This document shows positions 1 through 13,185 of a stretch of DNA of 33,476 nt, one piece after another. Source of the DNA: Octopus bimaculoides (lineage: Eukaryota); the NCBI RefSeq assembly GCF_001194135.2, contig NC_068987.1, positions 22,374,155 through 22,407,630 on the forward strand, in the 5' to 3' direction. The notes under the pieces were generated by a model. It did no database searches. It was not told the DNA's origin and saw only the letters and a program-made list of their open reading frames with translations. Position 1 is the first letter of the stretch, and each line of letters begins with the position of its first letter. The translations under genes were made by a program, and so were the position numbers.

Positions 1-960
1 ATATATGTATATGTATATAGATAGATAGGTGTAAGTTTATATGCTTTTATGCATTGCGCGTGTGTGTGAGTGTGTGTGTATCCTCGGTACACACCAGAGT
101 TTCTTCTTAATGTCATGTTCTTCAAGGTATTGCTTTCCAATAAGCCACTCATTTCTCATATTAGCCGTTGGTCAGTTGACCTTGTAAAACAGCTTTAGGA
201 AAATTACAGCCAATTTTAGATTTATTTGCAAACGACTAAGATGCACCAAAAATTCTATTCCATTGGTGTTTGACATAGGTAGTCATTTGTCAGTGTATGT
301 GATAGATCGGAAATTACAACTTTTGTTTGTTACCAAGGTGGTTTTAAAGCTTATTTGTTGTTGATAGGCAGAGGAATTATGTTTAGATGTTTATTCTCTT
401 GCTTACACTTCGACATCATTTCTTGTCTTTTGTTGCGCATCTTAAAAATACAGCTGTTAATAATTCCAGGTAGGAATCCCGAGGATATTGTACAGCTCCA
501 TCTATACGTGAAATATTTTAATGTTTGATATGTTTTCTTTTACCTACAATTCGACATCATCTTATGTCTTTTGCTGCAATTTATACATAAACGTGCAAGC
601 ATACATACACATATACATACAGGATGCGACAAAAACCTCTCATATTTTACATGGATATTAGAGTGGCCGTAGTTATAGTCATAGGCACTGTCAAATCCTT
701 TTACAAACCCTATTACATGCATATATGTTCAAACATACATATATAAATACATCCACCCGTAAACACACATATCTACACATACATTCCTACACATCCTTGG
801 GAATTGAACATGTAACCCTCAGATACTGGCTGAGTACTGTACCATTAAACTAAACTGCCCGCTAACAACAATCTCTGCCAAATTACACGCTAAATACATA
901 GCTTATTTGAGATGCAACAACATATGTAAACACTCTTTTTTTTGTTTGTTTGTTTTTGGA

Positions 961-1103
961 AGCCGGTATCAGAGAGGTGCGGGTTCGAGTCCCGTAGCTG
1001 TCTGCTGACAACTTTTCCCGTCATAATAGGGTAAAATACCTAATCTTTCTGCTGTTTTCTCGGCTAAAATGCATTCGAAATATTATTTTTTTGTCTGTAT
1101 GAT
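961..1103 (+). mobile_element. tRNA-derived SINE-like element, copy 1 of a two-copy family
   Basis: B-box-like gggttcgagtccc; body shared with 9960-10109 (ccgtcat, gtaaaatac, gcattcgaaatatta, tctgtatgata). Confidence 0.6.
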
Positions 1104-1598
1104 ACGATACACATTCAGCGCTTCCCAAAACAAAACAAGGAAAGACCTTTGCTTANNNNNNNNNNNNNNNNNNNNNNNNNNNNNNNNNNNNNNNNNNNNN
1201 NNNNNNNNNNNNNNNNNNNNNNNNNNNNNNNNNNNNNNNNNNNNNNNNNNNNNNNNNNNNNNNNNNNNNNNNNNNNNNNNNNNNNNNNNNNNNNNNNNNN
1301 NNNNNNNNNNNNNNNNNNNNNNNNNNNNNNNNNNNNNNNNNNNNNNNNNNNNNNNNNNNNNNNNNNNNNNNNNNNNNNNNNNNNNNNNNNNNNNNNNNNN
1401 NNNNNNNNNNNNNNNNNNNNNNNNNNNNNNNNNNNNNNNNNNNNNNNNNNNNNNNNNNNNNNNNNNNNNNNNNNNNNNNNNNNNNNNNNNNNNNNNNNNN
1501 NNNNNNNNNNNNNNNNNNNNNNNNNNAGAAATAGCCAACGGTACACGTGTAGTTACATACATACATACATTCACACATACATACACACACACACACAG

Positions 1599-1657
<59 letters not shown>

Positions 1658-1721
1658 AGCATACACACACAGGTGTGTACACGCGCACATATATAGCTTC
1701 ATAAAGTGTTGTTATACGTAC

Positions 1722-1788
1722 ATGTTTCCTTGTCCATAGTTATCGAATGCTAATGCGACAGGAATTCCGACGATGACCAATGGAACAC
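1722..1788 (-). CDS. aGPCR exon, TM4 C-half and ECL2 start ([22 protein letters not shown])
   Basis: Acceptor ttttgtctttgtcag, donor CAT/gtacgt; 67 nt, phase 1-2; G.P..IV and D.YG motifs. Confidence 0.9.
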
Positions 1789-2778
1789 CTGACAAAGACA
1801 AAATGGTTTGAGAATATTTTGGGTATTTCAAATGTAAAGATTCCTGTGAAAGAAACGTATAGCAAACATGTGCGTGTGATTTATTCGTATGTGTATATAT
1901 AGCATAATTCTAAGTTTAGCACTAGGTCAGCAATTTTGTGGAGTGGTGAAGTCCATTACATCAATACCAGTACTTGACTGGTACTTATTTTATTGGCCTC
2001 GAAAGGAAAATGCAAAAGAAAAGAAACTTCGACGGAAGTTGAACTCAAACCATAAGTATCCGAAAGTAATCCGGACAGAAATTTTTGCCAACTGCCTAAC
2101 AATTCTGCCAGTTTGGCGCCTTAGCCTTAGGTTCTCAAGCTATACTACATTATAATAATATATATAAGAGTTATATTTGTCTTCGACTTTAGAGTCTGAC
2201 GAACCGTTCATGGGGTTAGGCCCTTTAAGGGATGCGAAACCATTGGTTACTCTATGACCGCATATAGACTTACTGCATATACATACGTACACACACAGAC
2301 AGACAAACACACACATACATATACATACATATACATATATATACGACGGGCTTCTTTCAGTTTCCGCCTACCAAATCCACTCACAAGGCTTTTGTCGGCT
2401 CGAGGCTATAGTAGAAGACACTTGCCCAAGGTGCCACACAGTGGGACTGAACCCGGAACCATGTGCTTGGTAAGCAATGTATATACACATGTGTGTGTAT
2501 CTGTGCATGTGTGTGTGTGCGTGTGTGAGAGAGCGAAGGAGAGAGAGAAATGGTGTAAAAGAGAACGAGTGTGCGTGTGTGCATGCATGTGCGCAAGTGT
2601 TATTGTGTATGCGCGTGAGAAAGAGAAAGAGAGAGGGACAAAGGGAGAGAGAGAGAGAGAAAGAAAAAGAAGGTGAAAAAGAGAGAGGTTGAGAGAGAAA
2701 GGCAGAGAGACAGAGATTAGGTGAAGGAGAGGAGAGAGAAAGAAAACGAAAGAGAGAGAAGAGAGAGAAAGAAGGAGA

Positions 2779-2824
<46 letters not shown>

Positions 2825-5800
2825 NNNNNNNNNNNNNNNNNNNNNNNNNNNNNNNNNNNNNNNNNNNNNNNNNNNNNNNNNNNNNNNNNNNNNNNNNNNN
2901 NNNCAGGACAATGTAAAGATGTATCCCTTCAACTAACATCCAACAAAACATTGCCATCATGACGTAATGGAGCAATATGGCGACCACTTTGCACGCCACC
3001 TATAGGGAGAAATAGGAGAACCTTAGAGGAAAATTTGCTAAAAGTATAAAATTTGGGTAAGCTTATGATGATGGTGGAAGTGATGGTGATGGTGGTATTG
3101 GTGGTGTGGTGGTGATGGTGGCGGTGTTGGTTGTGGTAGTGGTTGTAGTGGTGGTGGTTATGATGGTGATAGTGATGGTGGGGGTTGAGGTGGTAGTGGT
3201 GGTTGTAGTGGTAGTGGTGATGGTGGTGGCGGTTGAGGTTGTGGTGGTGGTTATGGTCGTGGGGTGATGATAATTCTAATGCTAATGATTATGATTATGC
3301 TGATGATAATGGTGATGGTCGTAATGATAATGACAATGTGACAGTGATGATCATGTTGGTAGTGGTGCTGGTGGTGAGGCTGATAGTCAGGGCGTTGCGG
3401 GTGATGATGATGATGATGATGATGATGGTGGTGGCGGTGGTGGTGATGATGATCATGATGTCAACGACGACCATAATAACGATGACAATAATTAATAATG
3501 GCGATTGCAATGACGATCTTCATGATAATGTTTTCTAAATTAAACCCCGGGGAACAGCCGAGAAAACTGATTCCAGAAACCTTTTATCTTCAAATGTTAA
3601 AGAATATAGAAATATGGAGAACTATTTACCGGACTATCTTTCCTGTCGATGCCAATCAAAAATACGAGTTGCACCAGAATTATTGAGACTGCCAGGTTTT
3701 CGTGAATTCGTACTCGGTCACTGGACAACCTACGGGAAATAGGGATAAATGGGAGCGTGATATATATGGCAGAACAATATTAAAATTAAACATTAAGATA
3801 CACCATTAAAATACAATATTATGGTAGACAATTTAGGTATACCATTAAAATGCAATTTGAAGTACATTGAGACACATCATTCACTTAAACTGATACACAA
3901 TTATAATACAATAAGACGATAGACTGTTAAAACACCATTAAAATGCACTATTAACACACATTAAGATATTCCGTTAAAATACATTAATACGCAATTGAAA
4001 TACAATATTAAGAAAGAACATTAAGACACCATTAAAACACAAACGCCATTAAAATGTAATTTTAAAGATTTAGAGAAAGCCAAGTCCAGCCTGTTTCCAT
4101 CCTCATTGCTGTGAATTAGGTATTACGGACGCAAGCCACATCTCTGTCTCTCTCTCTCCATCGATTTCTACTCCTGGCTGTTGTTGTACATTCAGTAAGA
4201 GACCTTTCGGTCCATTCTTTGATGGCCTCTGGGCAGCATCTTCTCTACCCACCCCCTCTTTCGTTTCTCAATGAGTTTTTCCTCTAGGATGTAGATGCTG
4301 AGTTTCTGGGCTCTGATAACGTGTCCAAAATACTGCAGCCTTCTCTTCCTGGTAGTTGCCAAAACTCTTTATCTGTTCCCATTTCCCCAAGTACTAACTC
4401 GTTTGTTGAATAGTCAGTCCAACTGACCTTCAGTATTCTTTGGTGGAGCATTGTGTCAAGTACTCTGAGGTTGACAGAGTCACTTGCTCTTAGGGTCCAG
4501 CTTTCACACCCACACAGTGCAACAGGCCAACCTAGTCTCTTCAGGAGCCTTGATTTGATATTATTATTAAGAGATCTAAGGCGGCGAGCTAACAGAATCG
4601 TTAGCAGGCCAGACGAAATGCTTAACAACGTTTCGTCCTTCGCTACGTTCTGAGTTCAAAATCCGCTGAGGTCCACTTTAGGGTTACTAAAATAAATATC
4701 AGCTGGGTAATGGGGTTCGATGTGATCGTCTTACCCCGGACCTCTTGTCAAAATATGCGGACCTTTTGTCAAAATATGCGGACCTTTTGTCAAAATATGC
4801 GGACCTTTTGTCAAAATCTGAAATCATTGTTAGGAGCTCTATCTTTTTAGATTGTATTGAGTGCTTTTAAGGCTGATCTTACTGCCTTGAGTTGTGCTCT
4901 AAGTTCATGACCTCCACCTCCTGATTGTTCTTTGGAGCGCCCAGATAGTGAGTTCCAAGGGAACTTATACGACTTATATGACTTATTTAAATTGTTCTAA
5001 GTTACGTGATTAAAATAGGAAATGCACATGATACAGATGTCGATGTATAATGGAAACAGCCATAACGTCGGCGGTTTGCTTCTTCTTATCTGCTCTGTCT
5101 GTCTCTTTGTATGTATGTATGTATGTATGTTTTCTCCTATTTTTAATTACTTGAAATCTTCCTGAAGAATGGAGTTGATTTCTAACAAAGATACAAATTG
5201 CCATCGTTGGAACGTCGATAACAAAATCAAATACAGATTTTACACTTAAAAAAAAGTGTTGCATATTTTTATTGTTCCGCTTACAAATTGCATGTATGTA
5301 TATACATACGTTTGCGTGTGTATGACTATATAGGTTCGCGTGTACAAGTGTATGTGGGCTTGTGTTGGTGCATGAATATGTGTGCGCGCGCATACATCTT
5401 AAAATTATATAAAATCAATTTCTCATTTGTATAACTCCTCCTATATCTATTATCATCTACTTCCTCCTCCTTCATCTGCTCTTCGTCAGTCTTTATGACT
5501 TTTCCTCTCTACTCCTCCTGCACCTCATGTTAACTTTTAACCCTCTCTGTATCTTTCTTTTACTCCTCCTTTCCCCCTCTCTCCCTTTCTATACGATGTA
5601 AAGCGTGATTGGAGAAATCCAACTAACCAACATTCATATCGGCTATATATATCTATATATCTATCTATCTATAATCTTTTATTTGTTTCACTCATCAGAC
5701 TGTAGCCATGCTGGGGCACCGCCTTGAAAAAAATATAAAGGTCTCATATATTATATGTATGTCAGTACACACACACGTGCGCGCGTGCATACTCACACAC

Positions 5801-8623
5801 ACACACGTTGGCCGGCCCACCTAGCCTAGCTAGCGAGGTGGCATCATTCGAAAGCTACAACAATATAGATACATACACACACTCATATCATATATACATG
5901 CGTGTACGTACGAAATTTGAGTAAATGGCTGCCTTTGACAGTATAAAGTTCTTCGCTATTAATCGAAACTACGTAATCATCATACAGAATTCCCACCACC
6001 ATCCTCTGGTTTTATCACACGTGTTATGTTTATTTCGTTTATTTCCGTCATTACAAGATATAATTACTGAGACTCATCGACCAGTACTGATTTATCTCCC
6101 TTACTAGTGCACTGATATCGACATTAAATAGTCGTAAAACATTATATTTGTATGTATGTATGTATGTATGTATGTATGTATGTATGTATGTATGTATGTA
6201 TGTATGTATGTATGTGTTAAAGAGGACAACAAACGCTAAGCCAAGACAAACATCTCAAGTCATATATACGTTATTATTATTAGAAAATAATATTATTTTG
6301 ATAATAATTGCGTGTATGACTTGTGATGTTTATTTTGCCTTAGCGTTTGTTGTTCTCTTTAACAAATATATATCCGCTATATCGGAAATCTACAATGGTT
6401 TCATAACTCCCGTCTCGACTATAAGCTTGGAGCCCTGGTAATCCGTTACAGCACTTATCCAGCGTACCTAGTCGTTTAGATTACCTGTGAACTAAACCCC
6501 CAGGTTTAGTTCACAGGTAAGATGTTTGCTTTCTAACTACATGGCTCCGGGTTCAATCCCATTGCGTGGCACTTTGGGCAAGTGTCTTCTACTATCTTCA
6601 CATTATACAGGCTTCAACTGAAATGGTTCGGATATGTAATGCAGGCATATGACTTGTGGTCTTCTCTCAGGATCCTCTATGACAAGTGCAACATGATAAT
6701 CGTCTGTCAGAGAATTAAAAAGCGTTTCAAAGACGATAGGAACTACATATATAAGATTGAATATGATGCAATGTATTCTAGGTTGTGATGGTGGAACCAG
6801 TTGTTGTACTGGTGCGAGTGACCTATGAAAGTGTTCGTTATCAGCTTTATGTAGTTTGTTGATAAAATAATGAATATCTCTAGAAATTTGTCCTTTAAAG
6901 GGCAAAACTCTGTATTCTAACAGAAGATGGCATCACCACCATCCGTTCATTTCAGCAGTGTCATTGCTGTACGGTTACTGAAGATATAAAGGAGAAATCT
7001 ATGCAGCACTTCTATCAAGGAAAGCGAGTAAAGAGCAATGTAATCTCTTCAATCTATCTGTTCTATGCACAGTGTGCGACCGAAATATACATTATGGATC
7101 AAGAACCACAAACGTTAAAGGTTTCGCAAATAATAGTGGAACTACCCACTACTGGATTCATAGTATAAGTTTTCATAGTTATTCATAGATTCATAGTTCC
7201 ACAAGAAAAGATGAGCCAGAGGACATCGTCAGGTTCTATGTCTGCCTCAATTCTACTGACGTGCTCGTGCGTATGTGTGTGTGTGCGTGTGCGTTTGTGT
7301 GTGTGTGTATGTATCTATATCTATATGTATATATAAAGGTTATGAAGGGTAATGGAGTCAACCAGACCCTAATGATACAGGTAATACCGAGTAAGTGCTG
7401 TATACCGACTAGTTTTGCCCCAGATGTGGTTGCAACATAAATGGGGAATATAACATGGGTCGTGTATTAGCGTGTGTATATATATACATGTATGAATATA
7501 TGTACGTATGCGTACATATAGACTAACTTGATTTTACAAGAGAAAGGTGGACAGAAACTTTGAAGTTTCACCAGTTGATGGCTTCATTGAACTTCGGAGT
7601 CACTGTCAAGTTTTTCCTTGTAAATGTAAATGCGAAACTATTTAAATGTATTGAGTGAGCGTTTAAATGATGTTTGAATGTTGTATATATAACTATATAT
7701 AAAACGATCATTAATATGTATATATATCTACTTACGCGTGTGTGTATAATTATACATATATATATATATATACACACACATAAACACATATAAACATACA
7801 TACGTACATATATATCAGTAATATATACACACACATACACACACACGCGCGCGCGCACAAACACCCTTTTACGTGTGTGGTGTATGCGTGTCTCTGAGTG
7901 GGTTTATGTGTTTTATCGTATTATTGATGAGGTTATATCGCGTTTCGTGTAACTGTAAAATTTTCTTTTCCTTTAACGATTCATTGTTTTTGCAAAACAA
8001 ATACAACGGAACGAAATACATCGAAGTTTTTAGAACGACTTAAACCAACAATACTTCCATTAAATCAGATATGTAAATATTAGCCATTATTAATCATATT
8101 TATGTCAAATTCAGTTATAAAATTCATGAAAACAGTGAGAGGTTTCGCTCTCATCTCAACTCATACACTTACCTTGACGCCCCCATTTACCCAAATGTCG
8201 TAAATATTAAGCAGACGATTTTGTAATTGGGTATCATTTTACTGTTCTTCTGCATACCTAATCACCCTCTTTCGCCCTCAGTCTCTGCTTCTCTCTATCT
8301 CGCTCTCTTTCTGTCTGTCTGCCTATCTGTTACACTCACTGTCTTTTTCTCTCTCTCTTGCTCCGCATCCATTTTGACGCAACGTAAGCGGTATTTTATT
8401 CATCTAAATATAATAGTAATGCTGCAAGTTCTGTTGTTAATAATTCATCTATTTGGTTTTTGTCCTTTTTTCTCCTGATTGTAATACTAAAATAATCTTT
8501 ATCGTATTAATCTCTGTCTCTCTCAAACAATCATATAATGCACACAGATATGTACGAATGAATGTTTGTGTGTGCGTGTGTATGTATAAGCCATATATAT
8601 ATGTGCATAAGCTCTACATAAGA

Positions 8624-8664
<41 letters not shown>

Positions 8665-8674
8665 ACACACATAT

Positions 8675-8706
<32 letters not shown>

Positions 8707-10378
8707 NNNNNNNNNNNNNNNNNNNNNNNNNNNNNNNNNNNNNNNNNNNNNNNNNNNNNNNNNNNNNNNNNNNNNNNNNNNNNNNNNNNNNNNNNNNNNN
8801 NNNNNNNNNNNNNNNNNNNNNNNNNNNNNNNNNNNNNNNNNNNNNNNNNNNNNNNNNNNNNNNNNNNNNNNNNNNNNNNNNTTTAGAATTTTAAACAAAA
8901 CTGTCCGACGAACGGGAACGTGAAACTCTGAGTAACAGTTTTTGTGATATTTTTGCTGCATTTTAATAAAGCATATTACTCTACCTCTGGTATTCGAGTA
9001 CTAATTTTTTCACCTTGTTTCGCATTTATGTGTTTACTCTGGTATATATATTGGCGCAGAAGTGACTGTGTAGTAAGAAGCTTTCTTCCGAATCCACATA
9101 GTTCACATGATGTACTGCCTGGCATTCGCGCCGGAAGTTCCAATACGAACAGATGGTGAACACATAGAACAACCGTTGGCTTGCAGTGTCCCCAAAACAT
9201 GTACCGAGAGTGGTAAAAATCAAACATCCAGTCAACATCATAGTGTTTGAACTGATCATTAATGATGGTGACGTTATGCCTCCATTCATCTTCCCACACG
9301 GCCTCACATTCAACACGGAGTCCTATACCAAGTGCCTGGAGAAGGTAGCGCTGCCCTGAGGGTGGCTGCTGGAAAACCCCATGTCTGGCAACAGGACTCT
9401 GGACCATGTCACACAAGCAGGAGAACCCATCCTGGCTGTCAGACAATTTCTGCGACCACATCACCCCTAACATTTGGCCACCTATCTTCCCAGACTGCAA
9501 CCCTCTTGATTATTATATGTGAGATGCAGTTGAGCGAGAGACCAACAAAACTCCTTGTAACACCAAAGATGAACTGAAGGCAAGGATTATGGCAGTATTC
9601 ACCAACTTAAACAAGGACACCGTCCAGAAGAGTTGCAGGAGATTCCGAAATCATCTAGAGATCGCGATTGAAGCCAATGGCGCTTTTATTGAATAAATTT
9701 ACTCTTTAGTATTTCAAGATATTTTTATGTAATTTTGGTAAATATACCTGTTAAAATGAGATGTCAGTGTTATTTTCATTTTTGCGTAATTTAGACGACA
9801 GTTTATTCACCGCAAGTTGCATATTTTGTATATATTAATTTTCTCTGCCAACTTTTGTTTTATGCTTTATTATTCGCAGTTTTCAATTATAATACAGAAA
9901 ACTCGAAGTTGTGGAGAAAATTCACAAAGAAAGGAAATATTTGGTGGAAATTGTTGTCAGCGGGCCGTTTAGCTTGATGGTAAACTACTCAACCAGTATC
10001 TGAAGGATGCGAGTTCGAGTTACAACTTTTTTTTCCGTCATATAAAGGTAAAATACACAATTCTTTTGCTCTTTTCACGGCTATACTGCATTCGAAATAT
10101 TACTTTCTTCTCTGTATGATATATATATATATTTTTTATTTCTTTCAGTCATTTTACTGCGGCCATGCTGGAGCACCGCCTTTAGTCCAACAAATTGACC
10201 CTAGATCATATTCTTTGTAAGCGTAGTACTTATTCTATCGGTTTCTTTTGCTGAAACGCTAAGTTACGGGGACGTAAACACACCAACATAGGTTGTCAAG
10301 CGATGGTGGGAGGACAAACACAGACACACAAACATATACATATACATATATACATATATATATATGTATGTATGTATG

Positions 10379-10415
<37 letters not shown>

Positions 10416-13154
10416 GACAGACTTCCTTCAGTTTCCGTCTACCAAATCCACTCACAAGACTGGTCGGCTCGAGGCTATAATAGAAGACACTTGCCAAAGG
10501 TGCCACGCAGTAGGACTGAATCCGGAACCATGTGGTTTGTAAGCAAGCCACTTACCATACAGCCACTCCTGCGCCTATAATTCGCAATCACACATACACA
10601 CACACATATATATAAATATATATATATATATATAGTATACATCCCACACCATATATCCACACGCACATATATGTATATATACCCACACAAATACACACAA
10701 CATATATATTTGAGTAATATGAAATGAAATACTGAAAAAAATGTCTATGAAAAATAGTTTAGGAAAACCGTTGAGATTCAACAAAGATTGTATCCAGAAT
10801 ACATATACTCTCAATAATTAGTCCAGAATTTGTACATTCACATTAATTAGATACAAGACAAAGCTATACGAAGAACAGAAAAAGGAAAACAACAATGTAG
10901 ATAGCGTTGTCGTTAAACCAAAACAGTGAAAACATACAGCAGACGATAAACGCAGATGTTATCGCCATCTTGTTTTTCTCCAACGTAATTTTCAGATAGT
11001 CATCGTTGTGTTCCGTTATGTGAGAGTTTCTGGTATGACAATACAGGCGTTTTAGCTTCAGTTCCTCCCAGATAACGTCTGCAATTGTGTGTTAGTTCTA
11101 TTTTGCTGTATAACTCTCATAAACAATAATCCCAGATACCGGTACGGAACCCTGGCCGTTTGGATAAGTTGAGAAGTAATGGAAAGATTAGATACAGGCA
11201 TGAAATAATGCTTTCTAATTTGGGAACAAGGCCAACGATTATGATAAAACGGTTTTAGTTGATTATCGACTTTCAGTACTTGGGTGGTACTTTGTTTTAT
11301 CGACCCCCAAAGGGATGAAAGGTAATGTTGGCCTTGGCAAGATTTAAAACCAGAACGTAAAGGGCCTGAATAAATATTGTAAGTAAATTTTTTCCTATGT
11401 GCTAATGATTCTGCCAGCTCACTGACTTTCTTTCAAATTTTGGCACAAAGCATGCAATTTTGAGTGGGAGAAGTTAGTCGATTACATCGGCGGGATTTGA
11501 ACTTAGAGCATTAAAGAGTCAGAATAAATGCGCAAAGCAATTTTCCAGAGCTCTAACATTTTGCCATCTCATTCTTTGTTTCTGATTTAAGTAGATTAGG
11601 CCAGTAACTTTGAAGGGAGGGGTTACATCGACTCTTCTATTTGTTTGGTACATTTGTTTTATATTATCCCCAAATAAATTAAAGGCAAAATTGATCTTAG
11701 CAGGATTTGAACTCTGAACGTAAAGATCTAACAGAAATACTATAAAGCATTTTCCTTGATGCTCTAACGACTCTGCTTGTCATCATCTTCAGCAATTTTA
11801 AGTTAAAAAGTTAGACGTTTACATTAAACCTAGTATTTGATTGAGACTATTTTACCGAGACCTGGAAATATGAAAAGTAAAGTTGACTTTTGCGAGATTT
11901 GAACTCAGAATTTAAGAGCTGGAAGGAAGAAGTATACGTACAAATTAATAACAACTTGAAATTTCAGAAAAAAAAAACAAACTGTTTATGTTATGTGAAA
12001 CACATGAATAGGCTTACCTGAAATATTCGAAAGCAAAGACAGACAGAACACAACCAAGAATGGATAATGCACCACCGATATAAGAAATGAATGACAAAGC
12101 AATCTGGTGTCTGTCGTCGATTTTTTCCTGAAAAATAAACAATTAAAGATATAACAACATTAACAAGACATCTCTGCTTACTTTTCTTGTCTTTAATTTT
12201 TTTTTCTCTAGCGGCTCCGGTTGCCTAAAGTCATTTTGATAATTTTCCTAATCATAAAGATATATAAATTAAGTCCATATTTCAGTTTTCTGTAGCCTAA
12301 ATTTGAAGGGAGATGAAATTCCCTTCAACGGGATAGAACGCTGATTTACTGCATATAGTTTATCATCACGTGAATCCAGCATTGCAAAACAAGGAAATAA
12401 TCGTCCAAGAGTGATTATTATTTTTTTTTGTAGTTTAGTATTTGATCATGTGATTTGTATAATTCATATTCAAAACTTGTTCATTTGTCTAAAAGCATAA
12501 AAAGGAAGGTATGAAATATAACTGTCGTTGTTTCAATCTCGCCTTGCTCGATGGAAAACAGAATCTGTATTATTGATACGAGCAAAAGCTGCGATCAATT
12601 ATGAACGTAAAATAAAAGGACTAAATCACTAACATTGCAGTTTTTGAGAAAGCTCAATCCAACCGCATTGAAGCCACCGTCCGTAAAACATAGAACTGGT
12701 CATGCACGCTGTGTGAAACAACAGGGGTTTCTGTGTTAGATCCTTTACTGCAAACTCAGCATCGGCAAAAGACCCTATGGTTACCCTCAGTGACGTTACA
12801 GGTTAACTTAAACAGACTATGAAGAAAATCAACATCAAACTGAAAACTTGCGAAGAATCTGCGGTAAATCGAGCCATAGCGACTGCTTGCAGAACTGTTT
12901 GAACAAGAGTGTCACGAAAACGAAGAGAACAAACGAAGATGAAAAATCGCCAATTCCAGAGACGTCTCTAACTCCGTCTATTAAGTGTAATTTGTGTGGA
13001 TGCATGTTTCTGAAGATGGAATGAGAGTCTTCCAAAGAAACATGGCTAGCAAAACTTCTCAGTCAACAGAAATGTTAGCCATAACAAGTGAGACCACTGT
13101 ATGTATGTATGTATGTATGTATGTATGGGGAAAGCTTGGTCTGCAATGTTTGCA

Positions 13155-13185
<31 letters not shown>

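Noticed and set aside
621-712. Minus-strand open segment GFVKGFDSAYDYNYGHSNIHVKYERFLSHP with possible AG/GT ends
   Set aside because: Poor pyrimidine tract, no CW, TM5 or TM6 motif, and it cannot be phased to the known exons.
961-1000. tRNA-like boxes here, at 9960-10020 and at 31310-31372
   Set aside because: No complete cloverleaf or anticodon arm can be built; they are SINE heads rather than tRNA genes.
8173-8256. Strong donor AAG/gtaagt at about 8172 with upstream [22 protein letters not shown]
   Set aside because: All frames from the nearby acceptors contain stops.
12780-13060. Non-repetitive-looking stretch with ORF 12835-13035
   Set aside because: No splice-compatible frame or recognisable domain; probably an unidentified old repeat.
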